IMG/VR virus record: IMGVR_UViG_2744054912_000003
Coordinates: 1 to 45,289 of that record
DNA: 45,289 bases
Direction: 5' to 3' (one strand)
Source: a virus
Taxonomy: Duplodnaviria > Heunggongvirae > Uroviricota > Caudoviricetes
Shown: in pieces, positions 19,182 to 29,672 of the stretch
Position numbering within the stretch: the first letter of the stretch is position 1
Layout: each line of letters opens with the position of its first letter
Notes under the pieces: generated by a model
Seen by the model: only the letters and a program-made list of their open reading frames with translations
Databases searched by the model: none
Told to the model about the DNA's origin: nothing
Position numbers and translations under genes: made by a program

Positions 19182-19708
19182 AATTTAGTGATGAATGTTG
19201 AATCATCAGGAATATCATGCAATACCAATGCATGAGCACCTATTGTGACATTGTTTCCTATACGCACTTTGCCACCAAGAATGGTGGCATTACAACCAAT
19301 GGTCACATTATCTCCTATAACAATATCCATGTCATTAAATTCCCCGCGAAGTCCAATAGTTACTCCGGGCTTAATTGAACAATTTTCACCGATTGTGACT
19401 TTGTGAGCGATAACAACGCCATTGAGATAAGATATGTCAAACCCTTTCCCTATATTTACCGTTAAGGGAACGGTTACATTGTATTTGTCAAGAATGAAGC
19501 GTTCTATTTTCCCTGCAACCTTTCGCCTGTATCCGCCTTTATCAAAAAGATATTTTGATATGCGCCACCAAAATAAATAACGAACTCTTCTATGTTTTAT
19601 TGCGCGAACAATTGCTTTTCGCCAAGAGAAAGGACGCTCGCTACCAATTACTTCATAGTGAATACAGTCTTTAAGTTCATTAATAGTCATATTTTTATTG
19701 TTCAGCAT
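19145..19708 (-). CDS. Hexapeptide-repeat (left-handed beta-helix) acyl/acetyltransferase
   Basis: Repeated [LIV]-G-x-x-x-x hexads ([16 protein letters not shown]...[34 protein letters not shown]); low GC compared with flanking genes; 3' end overlaps the convergent tfa by 37 bp. Confidence 0.8.
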   Translation of the reverse strand: MLNNKNMTINELKDCIHYEVIGSERPFSWRKAIVRAIKHRRVRYLFWWRISKYLFDKGGYRRKVAGKIERFILDKYNVTVPLTVNIGKGFDISYLNGVVIAHKVTIGENCSIKPGVTIGLRGEFNDMDIVIGDNVTIGCNATILGGKVRIGNNVTIGAHALVLHDIPDDSTFITKFQSEVICSSSRT

Positions 19709-19769
19709 AATATAATAATGTGACCAATTATTATAATAACTTTAATGGATTATTTCTACTGATTATCCA

Positions 19770-20700
19770 GTGTGTCTGGCGGTTTTCGGTATTATCTGCC
19801 GGAACCATGCCTCATCCAGCGGGTATTTGCTGCCTGGGTTGTCCGGTTTTTCGGTCACTCCCTCAGGCCTCCGATTCTGGTCACGGCGGGTTTGTTATTT
19901 TCCAGTGCGTCGGATGACCACTGCCGCAACTTCTGCACCATTTTTTGGGAGCGGGATTTCACTCCTACGCAACCTGCGCTTTTTGTGCAGCCTGTTTTGC
20001 GTGCTATCCCGGATTTTTGAGTTTCATTCTGCCTCCATGATCCTATCAGGGACGACACCAATCCACTTAAGCACGATGCCAAGACCATCAAGGAGCTGCG
20101 TCAGAGGCCCAGCACAATGTTCTGCTTGATCGGCATAGGGGGGAGCACAAGGGCTGCGCCCCTGCCACACCACCCGGCATGCGGGTCCGTACCGGGCTTC
20201 CCCGGCTTCTGACGCAATGCCCTGTCAAGAGTCATATCTTCTGGCTTTCCTTCTCGTTCGGCCCTTCGTCGGAGTCCTGACTACTACGGCCTCTGCTGAC
20301 TTCTCGCTCCGTCTTACGACGTTGCCCTTTCAGGCATGAGGCGAGAACTCCCCAGGTAAGAACGCGATCCTTCCCCGCACAACCGTCGGATCTGCGCGAC
20401 TTCGACTTGACCACGAAAGCTTCGCAGTGATGTGCCTGCTCGCCTTGCTCCATCGCGCCTCATATCCGATTCTCGTTCATCGGCTCACGGGTTCATTCCG
20501 TGCTTCCTCCCCACGCCCGGTCGCCCTCACGCAGTTGCACTTCATTTCGCTCGCTGTGGTCAGCTCGCGGGAGGGCTTTCACCTCCAAGATCGCGCCCAT
20601 GCTGGGCGCACACATTCTCCACGCTCTAAAGGACGTGGAGGATGTCAAGCAACATGACCGGTTGAGAAGTTACTTTGCATACCATTACCTCCTGACAACG
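19770..20700. other. GC-rich (visibly well above flanking DNA) ~0.9 kb region with no convincing ORF
   Basis: Only short overlapping ORFs in all frames and both strands; several perfect hairpins (GCGCCCA-TGC-TGGGCGC, CTCCACG-N10-CGTGGAG). Confidence 0.5.
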
Positions 20701-20713
20701 TAGGAGGGAACTT

Positions 20714-21043
20714 GTGCTTGACACACAGGAATTAGCTCCAGTTGCTATTGCGCTCCTGCTTTCAGTAATTGGTGGGATAGGCACGTTCCTGATGGATGTC
20801 CGAGATGGTCGCCAGTCTGGCAATTTGTTGGGATTGGTTACGGAGATCTTTGTTGCAGTGACAGCTGGCGCGGTGGCGTACCTATTGGGGCAACACGAGG
20901 GCTGGGAGTTATCAATTACGTACTTAATGGTAACGATAGCCAGCAATAACGGTCATGAGGTGATTTCAGGGATGAAACGAGTGAATATCGATAGCATTCT
21001 GAATGTTCTTACAAGTTTGGTGAAAAAGGGAGGTGGGAAATGA
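20714..21043 (+). CDS. lydA: Holin-like membrane protein (LydA-like), GTG start with AGGAGG ribosome-binding site
   Basis: 109 aa with hydrophobic helices; first gene of the operon that contains darA. Confidence 0.55.
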   Translation: MLDTQELAPVAIALLLSVIGGIGTFLMDVRDGRQSGNLLGLVTEIFVAVTAGAVAYLLGQHEGWELSITYLMVTIASNNGHEVISGMKRVNIDSILNVLTSLVKKGGGK

Positions 21044-21483
21044 TTGGCTGGGGTGTATGCGTTCTTGCGTTAGCCTTAGCCGATCGCTATTTGCTAAAAC
21101 GCAAGGACATCACGCATTTAGAACTTGGTGATGTGGAAATTAAACAGGGCTTCATCCGGGTGCCGTTCAAATACCGGTCTAAATTCCCGTTTTTGCGCGG
21201 CGCAACGGTCAGATATTGGATCCGCGATGTTCAGAAGCCAACGACAGTGATTGAAGGCGAACAACGTTGTCTGACGTCGGCTGAACAGGGCGAAAACAGT
21301 GAATGGTTGTACATACCCACTGAATATATGGGTAAAGGAGAACGGCTGTGGCATTTCAACGTCATGGTTACGCATGGTGACTCGTTCATTAACCCGTTGT
21401 ATCGGATTTTCCCTGTTACTCAGCAAATCCGCAGAAGTTACGTAATAAATCTCGCACAGGATGTGTCAGATGACGAAAAATAA
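21040..21483 (+). CDS. lydB: LydB-like protein (antiholin position)
   Basis: 147 aa, start overlaps the lydA-like stop. Confidence 0.45.
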   Translation: MIGWGVCVLALALADRYLLKRKDITHLELGDVEIKQGFIRVPFKYRSKFPFLRGATVRYWIRDVQKPTTVIEGEQRCLTSAEQGENSEWLYIPTEYMGKGERLWHFNVMVTHGDSFINPLYRIFPVTQQIRRSYVINLAQDVSDDEK

Positions 21484-22072
21484 GTATGCAACGGTCGATT
21501 TTGACCAGGTTAATGAAAAGGGGCTGAAATCCCTTATCGCGGCGATCAATAAAACCGGGGTTACGGTAATTGAGGTTGACTCCAGCAACCGCGCAACAAC
21601 GAAAGATGGCGTTAAAGTTAAAACCGCAAAGCTGGTTCTTAACGACGGACAAATTCTTGCCATACAGGTAAACGATACTGGCGATATATCGTCTGTGAAA
21701 CTGAATGGAAAAGCTATTCCTAACGCTCAGTCGCCGGATATCAAGACGCTTGGTACCGTCATGGGACAGGCGGCCCGCAAAAACTCCGCAAAATTCCAGA
21801 AATCACTGACCGCCAAAGCGAAGCGTGTTGCCAATCCGGTAGACAAGAAACCGGCAGTTAAATCCAACTTTCAGCGCCTGCAAGAAGCAAAACAGCGGAA
21901 TGCTCAGGTGGTTGCCGCTTATAAATCAGCGCAGAACTCGGTGTCTTTCACTCAACAGCAGATCACTGATTTGCGGGCGAAGCTGGATAAGGAGACAGGC
22001 CGACTCAATAACGAAAAGGCACGGAATGGCGAACTCAAACGCCGTCTTAAGCAACTGAAAGCAGGAAATTAA
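21470..22072 (+). CDS. hdf: Hdf-like protein of the darA operon (start chosen at the ATG with AGGA ribosome-binding site)
   Basis: About 200 aa, basic Lys-rich; order and size match the P1 hdf-darA-ddrA-ddrB operon as I recall it. Confidence 0.45.
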   Translation: MTKNKYATVDFDQVNEKGLKSLIAAINKTGVTVIEVDSSNRATTKDGVKVKTAKLVLNDGQILAIQVNDTGDISSVKLNGKAIPNAQSPDIKTLGTVMGQAARKNSAKFQKSLTAKAKRVANPVDKKPAVKSNFQRLQEAKQRNAQVVAAYKSAQNSVSFTQQQITDLRAKLDKETGRLNNEKARNGELKRRLKQLKAGN

Positions 22073-22073
22073 C

Positions 22074-23981
22074 ATGGAACAGTTCAATATCAATAAAGGG
22101 GTGACGATCAAACCTGGGCTTGACGTGCTTCCCCCGCCAGTGACTGATGATGAATATCGCGCATTAATGGCCGGTGAGGACCGCTATCTGATGACGGAAT
22201 CCAACACCCTGGAGGAAATCGAGGCTACGTTCTTCTATGACACGCCGATCCACTGGTGTGCTACGGATTTACTGGAGGCGATTAGTTCTACTCGTTTGCA
22301 GTTACACCGGACCATGCAGGCATTTGTCCGGGCATTGAACCAGAAGCTGAATGGTACCGGAATCTCTGCGGGGAGTGATAAAACGGGGGATGTGGCCCAG
22401 AGCGGCGCGCGCGCGATCGGCGGCGCTGAAATTGGCCGGGCACGTAACGTTAACGGGCTGCCAGTCCTGCCAGCCATTATTCCGCTCAGTGATGGTCAGA
22501 CTATCAGCATTCTGTTTCATAGCCCGACAGCGGAAAACCGGATCACCAATAGCGATACGCTGGTTGCTTTCCAGTTCTTACTGAATAAAAAAGACGTTAC
22601 TCACACCGTTGCTCCGATGAGTGGACGTGATATGACGCTGGCGCAGGTCACCATGAAACTTGCCAACCTTGCAGAGAAAAACTCGGCAAAATTCCAGCGT
22701 GCGCAGAAGAAGAAAAAAGCCCTTGTTGATGAAATAACCCAACTACAGGCTGACAGTGACCAGAAAGAGGATGCCATGAGCGACCTCGCGGATCAGGTGG
22801 CAGCGGTAGAAGGGCAGAAGGCAGATCTGGAGCAGAAAATTAACGCTGTTGCATCGGAAGCGGATTCTCTTTATGAAGAGAATGAGCGTTTGCAGACGGA
22901 GATTGATCAGCTCAATCGAACAGGTGGGCGCGATACCATTGCTCCAGTGACAATAACTGGTGGGCACTCACGCGCGTTGACGGATCGCCAAAATCGCATG
23001 CATATGGACGGTGAAGCGACGCTCAGTAATGGTGCATCAATGAAGCAATTCATTGGGGATGGCGAAGGGTATATCCAGTTAACCGATCCGGATGGCAGCG
23101 TATATATGATCAAGGCTAAATCCATACAGGGTGTGGACATGGCAGATGCAATCGGCAAGCTGTTTAAAGCCTATAAAGCGGGTAATGTATCGGAATATCT
23201 GGTCCAACCAGAAGAACATAAACCGGAAAACGTCGAACCTGAACCAGCGGAGGATACCGGTAGCTCTTCGCCTGAACCAGAAGTCTCTGTAGGTGCATAT
23301 CGATATGCTCTGCAAATGCGTCCGGCGGCCCCTGGCGCAATACCTGAAGGTAACAAAGCAATTCTGCCGCGCCCTGATGAAGGTGATCCGTATTATGAAT
23401 ATGCACGCTACGGCATTGCTACTTATGATACCCCGCTTTCTGATCAGCAAATGAGTGAGTACGACCTGAAGTTATTGCCTCGCGAGGATTCTTTCGACTT
23501 CCTGGCGAAGACACTTACTAATGGTCCGTTTGGCAAATATGCACAAAAAGCTCTGGAGCTGGCCACCAGCTCACCAGACGAGTTCCGCGTAATGCTGAAA
23601 ACTCAGTTTCAAAAAACTTTCCCCAATATTGCGTTTCCGGGTGGCGCTGGCACCGAGAAAATGTTGCAGAGCATGATCAATGCATTGCAGGCCGAAGTCG
23701 GTGAGATTACTCAGCCAGAACCGGCCCCGGCACAGCCTGATGAAACGGTTAGCGAAGCAGATGCAGAGGCTAATAAAGCCATTGAATATCTCAATAACGT
23801 GATGGATATGCAAAGCACTGACATGGCGGAGATCCGTAACGCCCGGGGCAATGTCCGGGAAGCGATTGCATCCCTTCAGGCTGCCGAACGTTTTGAGGAA
23901 AACGAAGAGCTGGTTAACGGCGCAGCTCGCCACCTGGCTGATCTGTTGGTAGCAATCCAGAAAGCGGGGGTAGCGGCATGA
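22074..23981 (+). CDS. darA: DarA-like virion antirestriction protein
   Basis: 635 aa (about 70 kDa) in the expected position; internal coiled-coil segment. Confidence 0.55.
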   Translation: MEQFNINKGVTIKPGLDVLPPPVTDDEYRALMAGEDRYLMTESNTLEEIEATFFYDTPIHWCATDLLEAISSTRLQLHRTMQAFVRALNQKLNGTGISAGSDKTGDVAQSGARAIGGAEIGRARNVNGLPVLPAIIPLSDGQTISILFHSPTAENRITNSDTLVAFQFLLNKKDVTHTVAPMSGRDMTLAQVTMKLANLAEKNSAKFQRAQKKKKALVDEITQLQADSDQKEDAMSDLADQVAAVEGQKADLEQKINAVASEADSLYEENERLQTEIDQLNRTGGRDTIAPVTITGGHSRALTDRQNRMHMDGEATLSNGASMKQFIGDGEGYIQLTDPDGSVYMIKAKSIQGVDMADAIGKLFKAYKAGNVSEYLVQPEEHKPENVEPEPAEDTGSSSPEPEVSVGAYRYALQMRPAAPGAIPEGNKAILPRPDEGDPYYEYARYGIATYDTPLSDQQMSEYDLKLLPREDSFDFLAKTLTNGPFGKYAQKALELATSSPDEFRVMLKTQFQKTFPNIAFPGGAGTEKMLQSMINALQAEVGEITQPEPAPAQPDETVSEADAEANKAIEYLNNVMDMQSTDMAEIRNARGNVREAIASLQAAERFEENEELVNGAARHLADLLVAIQKAGVAA

Positions 23982-24343
23982 CACTATCAGCTATTGAGTT
24001 AATGGATCTCAGCGATAAGTTGGATGCTCTAATGTCCAAAGCGGCGACCGCGAGTGGCATGGAGTTGCTGGATATCAGCGATGAAATTGACCAGATCATG
24101 CAACAGATGGGGTACGGCGCGTCCGGCAGCGGTAGTGGCGAGGAAAAACAACCTTCGGTACATGATGGTGTGCCAAAACTGGTTGCTGATTTCCTGGCTG
24201 ATAAATTCGTCGATCAGAGCACTGATGCATTTATCGGTACGTTACAGGACTTGAGTCAATATGTTGGCACATACATCGACCTGGACCAGGTTAAACAGCA
24301 CACGGCGGCATGGATAGCCGCCAACATTAAAGAGGCAGAATAA
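23978..24343 (+). CDS. ddrA: DdrA-like protein
   Basis: 121 aa, start overlaps the darA stop. Confidence 0.45.
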   Translation: MTLSAIELMDLSDKLDALMSKAATASGMELLDISDEIDQIMQQMGYGASGSGSGEEKQPSVHDGVPKLVADFLADKFVDQSTDAFIGTLQDLSQYVGTYIDLDQVKQHTAAWIAANIKEAE

Positions 24344-24355
24344 GGCGTAACAGGG

Positions 24356-27343
24356 ATGAGCTTAAGCGATCAGGTGGTAATGGCCACCAGCATAGAAACG
24401 CTGATCGAGCTGCTAAAAAACCTGCCCAATTACGGGCGGGTTTCGTATGTGGTGACAGCGAAGGGAGACGAGGTAAAAACAGCGTTTGATATCGTCGATG
24501 CCTCAGCTCTTTTGGTATCCAATACTCTGGACGGGAAAATTAACCCTGACTATCCCCAGGAACTTCAGCCGCGCGACCGGACCCGCGCATCCAGTCTTCT
24601 TCAGGTCAACCAGATATCCAAGGATTTGCGTCCTGCCCAGCTTACCGATTCCGGTTTATCCAGCCATGGCGCGCCGATAATTGGTGAGGACAATGCCGTT
24701 GAGTCAGGTAATGGACGGACCATGGGGATCATCAAAGCCTATCAGGACGGCAATGCGGATCGGTATCGTGAGTACCTGATTGATCATGCGACCGAATTCG
24801 GCATACGACCTGAAAAGGTTGAATCAATGGCGGCTCCGGTACTGGTGCGCCGCCGGTTAACTAAGGTTGACCGCGTTCAGTTTGCCAAGGACTCAAATAT
24901 TTCTGATCTTCAGGAAATGGCAGCCAGTGAAAAGGCTTTTGTTGATGCTGACAGCATAACTCCGGCGATGATGGCGCTGTTTAACCCATCAGAAAGCGGA
25001 GATCTGCTTAGCCGCAGTAATGACGCGTTTATTCGCGGATTCATGACGCAAGTTGGTGCCACACAGGCTGCTGGCCTTGTAACGGAAGATGGGCGACCAA
25101 CACGGCAACTTGTAGACCGTATACAAAACGCGATCTTTGCCAAGGCATATAAGGATGCGCGCCTGGTAAGGATGGTTGCAGAAGAAGCTGATCCGGATAT
25201 GCGTAATGTTCTGACGGCGCTTAATGCGGCAGCCAATGATTTTGTCCAGATGCAGGCTTTATCAGGAGAAGCGCACAAGCAGGCTGTGACAACTATTGTT
25301 GATGGCATTGAGACAGCGGATAGCCTCGATAAAAAGGCGCTGGCGGCATTGAAAGATGCGGTAGACCTGGTAAGGCAATCGAAGGAGTCAGGCCAACATA
25401 TTACCGATGTTATTGCTCAGGGGGATATGTTCAGCGAAACAGCCCCGGAAGTGAAAGCTCTCGCGTTGTTCATCGTCGCGAATAACCGTAGCGCGAAGCG
25501 TATGGCCACCGCTTTTAAATTGATGGCTCAACGTATCAATGATGAGTTACAGCACCAGGGCCAGGCGCTGGGGGATATGTTTGGCGGTGGTGATGTGTCG
25601 TTACAGGATATCCTTCGCCAGGTGTCTCAGGAACTGGAAAACGAAGGCATGCAAGGGATATCCGGCGGTCTTTTCGAGTCCGTTTCCGGCGGTAGTTACA
25701 ACGGTGTTGCTCCATATACCAGTTTGCTATTACATCGGGCATCCGGCATCAAAGACATTATTCATCTGATCAGGCTGCTTTCCCGTACAGATCCCCAGGA
25801 TGAACAGCTTGTACAAGTGCTTGCGCATTTTGTTCGAATGCCTGTTGCCGACGTGAAAAAATGGTGCCGATTATTCGGTATCAGCAATTCGTTACTTCGC
25901 GGCTTCTTAAATCACGCATCCTCCCTTGGGCGCGATGGCTTTGACGAGATAGCGCAGGCGATAAAAAACGGAGATATGCCACCAGCTATTGACTGGTTTT
26001 CCATTCGCCCAACCAGGGTGAAAGCATTCCTTAGCGCGGCGCATTCGGCATCACCATTGGCAGAAATGGTTCAGAGGTTGTCGCTCATATTCACAGACCA
26101 TACTGCGTTGGGTGATCTGACTCTGGACGAGATGAAAGAAGCCTCCATTCAGTGGGCCGATCAACAAAATGAGGTTAACTCAGACTTCTTGCCAGCATTC
26201 AGGAAGGCCGTTAGTAAAGCGGATGATGCCCGTGGAATTCTGAAGGCATTTAAGGCATTGCAAAGTCGGGTTAATAAACATGTCGGTGATATCGATGGGG
26301 TAACGGCGGAAGGCAGGGATATCCTTAAAGAGCACGGCATAACGCCAGAGTTTATTGATGAGATCAGGACGGATATGCAGCGTGAGGTCGTATCGTCCCT
26401 GCAAATTGTAGCCAGAGCGTTGGCGGATGCTAATCCGAAGAGTGCGGCCATTGTTAACCGGGTTATTGGTGATATTGAAGCATCGGAGGGCATGGGGGCG
26501 CTGAAACTCTTCCTTTCGCGAGCGTTTAATCCTAACGGCAATATTCTCCCTGGCATTATTGGTGAGGCTAAAAGGTATGTCAGTGAAGAAGAACTTGAGC
26601 AGCTTGACCAACTACTTAAGCGATTCTCATATAACCCGCAGACACGCTGGCAAATGAATCAGCGAAGTATGGGTTCGGTCCACGAGAAAGTGTTATCTGC
26701 CATGAACAGTGCGATCGCAAACTCATCCGTATCTGAAGAAAAAGCTCTTGAGTGGGCCGACTCTTTTATCACGGAAGAAGTGGAAGAAGCCCGCGCTGGA
26801 CAGAATGGTGGGATAGACCTGCGCAAGGAACTTGCTGATATTTATCGCCTGACCGGCGGTAAAATTTCGACCTTATCAAAGGTGGTTCACCACCAGGGAA
26901 GGGCATATGCAAATCTTAATGGTGTTGTTGCTGTCAATTTGAACGATGAAAATGCAAGTGCACTGTGGCACGAGCTGGGTCATCATCTTGAGTACAGTAA
27001 CCCTGGTTTGTTAGAGAAAGCCCGGTCATTCCTGAAGGCCAATGTTGAAGGGGATAAGCCATCTTTCGTTAATATCGGTGGGCGTGGCAAGCCTGAATGG
27101 TGCTTCAGATCTCGATTGAGTAATATTTATATGGCGAAGGTATACCCGCCAGCCTCAGTGAGTAACTCCGGGAAAATTCGGCAGAAAGCACCGACTATTT
27201 CAAAAACATCAGCAACGGAAGTATTCTCTATGGCTCTTCAGTTGTATCATGACAAAGAGGCCGCTGCCGCATCACTGATGAATGGTGACGGATTGCTGGA
27301 ACTGTTATTAGGTGTGGCAAAGGAGCTAAATAATGCAGATTAA
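24356..27343 (+). CDS. ddrB: DdrB-like large virion protein
   Basis: 995 aa (about 109 kDa) following ddrA. Confidence 0.5.
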   Translation: MSLSDQVVMATSIETLIELLKNLPNYGRVSYVVTAKGDEVKTAFDIVDASALLVSNTLDGKINPDYPQELQPRDRTRASSLLQVNQISKDLRPAQLTDSGLSSHGAPIIGEDNAVESGNGRTMGIIKAYQDGNADRYREYLIDHATEFGIRPEKVESMAAPVLVRRRLTKVDRVQFAKDSNISDLQEMAASEKAFVDADSITPAMMALFNPSESGDLLSRSNDAFIRGFMTQVGATQAAGLVTEDGRPTRQLVDRIQNAIFAKAYKDARLVRMVAEEADPDMRNVLTALNAAANDFVQMQALSGEAHKQAVTTIVDGIETADSLDKKALAALKDAVDLVRQSKESGQHITDVIAQGDMFSETAPEVKALALFIVANNRSAKRMATAFKLMAQRINDELQHQGQALGDMFGGGDVSLQDILRQVSQELENEGMQGISGGLFESVSGGSYNGVAPYTSLLLHRASGIKDIIHLIRLLSRTDPQDEQLVQVLAHFVRMPVADVKKWCRLFGISNSLLRGFLNHASSLGRDGFDEIAQAIKNGDMPPAIDWFSIRPTRVKAFLSAAHSASPLAEMVQRLSLIFTDHTALGDLTLDEMKEASIQWADQQNEVNSDFLPAFRKAVSKADDARGILKAFKALQSRVNKHVGDIDGVTAEGRDILKEHGITPEFIDEIRTDMQREVVSSLQIVARALADANPKSAAIVNRVIGDIEASEGMGALKLFLSRAFNPNGNILPGIIGEAKRYVSEEELEQLDQLLKRFSYNPQTRWQMNQRSMGSVHEKVLSAMNSAIANSSVSEEKALEWADSFITEEVEEARAGQNGGIDLRKELADIYRLTGGKISTLSKVVHHQGRAYANLNGVVAVNLNDENASALWHELGHHLEYSNPGLLEKARSFLKANVEGDKPSFVNIGGRGKPEWCFRSRLSNIYMAKVYPPASVSNSGKIRQKAPTISKTSATEVFSMALQLYHDKEAAAASLMNGDGLLELLLGVAKELNNAD

Positions 27344-27638
27344 AATCGCAGCGCCATTAGGCGGAGATGCCATTATCGAATTTGATGATAATGAAGAAGT
27401 TTCCGGGCGTTTAAGCATTATCTCCGGTGACATTACCGAGGACATGATCGCTGAAGCCATAGCTGGGGCAAATCCCAATAGCTATATGGGATTCGTTAAC
27501 ACCCTTGATGCTCCCGCAAGTGATGTTCTCCGAACGCTGCATCTTTACGCTGGCTGGTTTGTCGATTGGCCAGCAGTAGAGGGTGGCGATGAGGACGACG
27601 ATGATTTTGGGGATCATGTAGACCAGATCGTATATTAA
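27333..27638 (+). CDS. Small acidic protein (101 aa) ending the operon
   Basis: AAGGAG ribosome-binding site; very acidic C-terminus (EGGDEDDDDFGDHVDQIVY). Confidence 0.55.
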   Translation: MQIKIAAPLGGDAIIEFDDNEEVSGRLSIISGDITEDMIAEAIAGANPNSYMGFVNTLDAPASDVLRTLHLYAGWFVDWPAVEGGDEDDDDFGDHVDQIVY

Positions 27639-28250
27639 CTCCCTGATAGTGCACAAATAATCTGTTCTGATATGTTAATTGTGTACTTAAAGTAAACGCG
27701 TAGTGGCTTGCTTTAGGTTATGGAAGCAAGCTATTGCCTAATATGTTAGATCAAAAAATTTTAATTTTTGCGTTTCGCTCACCACATATTGAACACTTTA
27801 GCCGATCTTTTAATTCTTCCAGAGTCAATCCTGAAGCTACATATTGTTTAATATCTCTTCGTCATTGCATATTCAGAGGGTAAAGATATACACATACTAA
27901 AATGAACTGGCTTAGCTCGTTATTAATCAGAATTCGATGAGACTACTCCATTTTAGGGAATAACATGTATAACTAAAACACATCGTCTTTAACTCTCACA
28001 ATATAGATTCAGTTTAATACCCAATCGACAGTAATTAATTTGACTCTACTTTTTAAGTAGATTTCAAATCCACATCCATTAAAACCCTATTAATTAACAG
28101 GCTATCTATTTTTGCAGTTATTATTTTTGTGCTAATTTAATTGTTTGTCTTTTGTGCTTATTGTTGATTGTGTTTTGTTCTATTTTGTCAATTTTTATTC
28201 TGTGAATTGAGATTTTTCTAATAGTCCATTGGGTTTTCAAGGTTATTATT

Positions 28251-28266
28251 TGTGATTTTGATCACA
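28251..28266. promoter_or_regulatory. Consensus CRP-type site TGTGA-N6-TCACA upstream of the porin gene
   Basis: TGTGATTTTGATCACA, perfect half-sites, about 110 bp upstream of the porin ATG in an AT-rich leader. Confidence 0.45.
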
Positions 28267-28377
28267 AAAATACCTTGATTTTTATTTGCAAAACTTGAAA
28301 CACGAATCCAAAAAAGATAAACATTTGTCCGCAGTGACCTCTTTTCTACTGAAAAGTTCAATCTAAAGGGCAAAAAA

Positions 28378-29490
28378 ATGAAAAAAATCACAGTGGCACT
28401 TTCTGCGGTTGCAGCATCAGTCCTGATGGCAATGTCTGCACAAGCGGCAGAAATCTATAACAAAGACGGTAACAAACTGGATCTGTACGGCAAAGTTAAT
28501 GCAGAGCATTACTTCTCTTCTTCAGCTAGTGATGACGGGGATAAAACTTATGCTCGTATGGGTTTCAAAGGTGAAACTCAGATTAATGACCAGTTAACCG
28601 GTTTTGGTCAGTGGGAGTACGAATTTAAAGGTAACCGTACTGAAACTGAAGGTTCTGATAAAGACAAAACTCGTCTTGCGTTTGCAGGGCTTCGCTTTGG
28701 CGATTATGGTTCGCTCGACTATGGTCGCAACTACGGTGTAGCGTATGATGTTGGCGCTTGGACTGACGTGCTGCCGGAGTTTGGTGGAGATACCTGGACT
28801 CAGACTGATGTATTTATGACCCAGCGTGCTACTGGCGTCGCGACCTATCGTAACAATGATTTCTTCGGCTTGGTTGATGGTCTGAACTTTGCTTTGCAGT
28901 ATCAGGGTAAAAATGATAGTGCTGCAAAAGTGAACAACTGGAAAGGCCGCGACGTAGTTGAATCTAATGGTGATGGCTTCGGTCTGTCAGCTACTTATGA
29001 TTATGAAGGATTTGGCATTGGCGCAACTTATGCAAAATCTGACCGTACTGATGGACAGGTATCCTATGCTAATGCAAGCTCTCTGAATGCTTCTGGTAAA
29101 ACAGCTGAAGTATGGGCTACTGGTCTGAAATATGACGCAAACAACATTTACCTGGCTGCAACTTATTCTGAAACTCAGAATATGACAGTCTTCGGTGATG
29201 ACTTTATCGCAAACAAAGCGAAAAACTTTGAAGCTGTTGCTCAATACCAGTTTGATTTCGGCCTGCGTCCGTCCATCGCTTACCTGCACTCTCGCGGTGA
29301 AAATATTGGTGCGTTCGGTAACCAGGATCTAGTTGAATACATCGACGTAGGCGCGACTTATTACTTCAACAAAAATATGTCCGCTTTCGTTGACTACAAG
29401 ATCAACCTGATTGATGAAAGTGAATTTACCAAAGCATCTGAGGTTGCAACCGACAACATCGTTGCTGTTGGTATGACCTACCAATTCTAA
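28378..29490 (+). CDS. OmpC/NmpC(OmpD)-family general porin
   Basis: 370 aa; signal peptide ending [19 protein letters not shown]; C-terminal ...VAVGMTYQF with terminal Phe; closely resembles E. coli NmpC as remembered. Confidence 0.9.
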   Translation: MKKITVALSAVAASVLMAMSAQAAEIYNKDGNKLDLYGKVNAEHYFSSSASDDGDKTYARMGFKGETQINDQLTGFGQWEYEFKGNRTETEGSDKDKTRLAFAGLRFGDYGSLDYGRNYGVAYDVGAWTDVLPEFGGDTWTQTDVFMTQRATGVATYRNNDFFGLVDGLNFALQYQGKNDSAAKVNNWKGRDVVESNGDGFGLSATYDYEGFGIGATYAKSDRTDGQVSYANASSLNASGKTAEVWATGLKYDANNIYLAATYSETQNMTVFGDDFIANKAKNFEAVAQYQFDFGLRPSIAYLHSRGENIGAFGNQDLVEYIDVGATYYFNKNMSAFVDYKINLIDESEFTKASEVATDNIVAVGMTYQF

Positions 29491-29565
29491 TTTTGGTAGG
29501 TAAGAATATGCGGGAAGGGAGTGATGTCACTGCCCGCATATAGGTGGCACCCTCATGCCACCTTT

Positions 29566-29590
29566 GAAGAGGCAATAAAATTGCCTCTTC
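29566..29590 (+). terminator. Hairpin downstream of the porin gene
   Basis: GAAGAGGCA-ATAAAAT-TGCCTCTTC. Confidence 0.45.
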
Positions 29591-29645
29591 TCAATTTAAC
29601 TTCATGTTATTTATTACCCTTTTATTAATTTGAAACTCTATTGTT

Positions 29646-29672
29646 GGGGCGCTTTGTTGCGCCCATTTTTTT
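29646..29672 (+). terminator. Rho-independent terminator
   Basis: GGGCGC-TTTGTT-GCGCCC followed by ATTTTTTTT. Confidence 0.7.

Noticed and set aside
19770-20700. Retron non-coding RNA, group II intron or tRNA as explanations for the GC-rich island
   Set aside because: No reverse transcriptase or intron-encoded ORF adjacent, no domain V-like motif, and the only T-loop-like string (GGTTCATTCC near 20480) lacks a tRNA cloverleaf context. Left as unexplained rather than named.
18564-20713. Cin/Gin/Hin-type invertase and crossover sites expected next to the tail fibre genes
   Set aside because: Searched translations on both strands for a ~190-aa serine recombinase (GYVRVST-type N-terminus) and for the AACC-NN-GGTT crossover core; none found.
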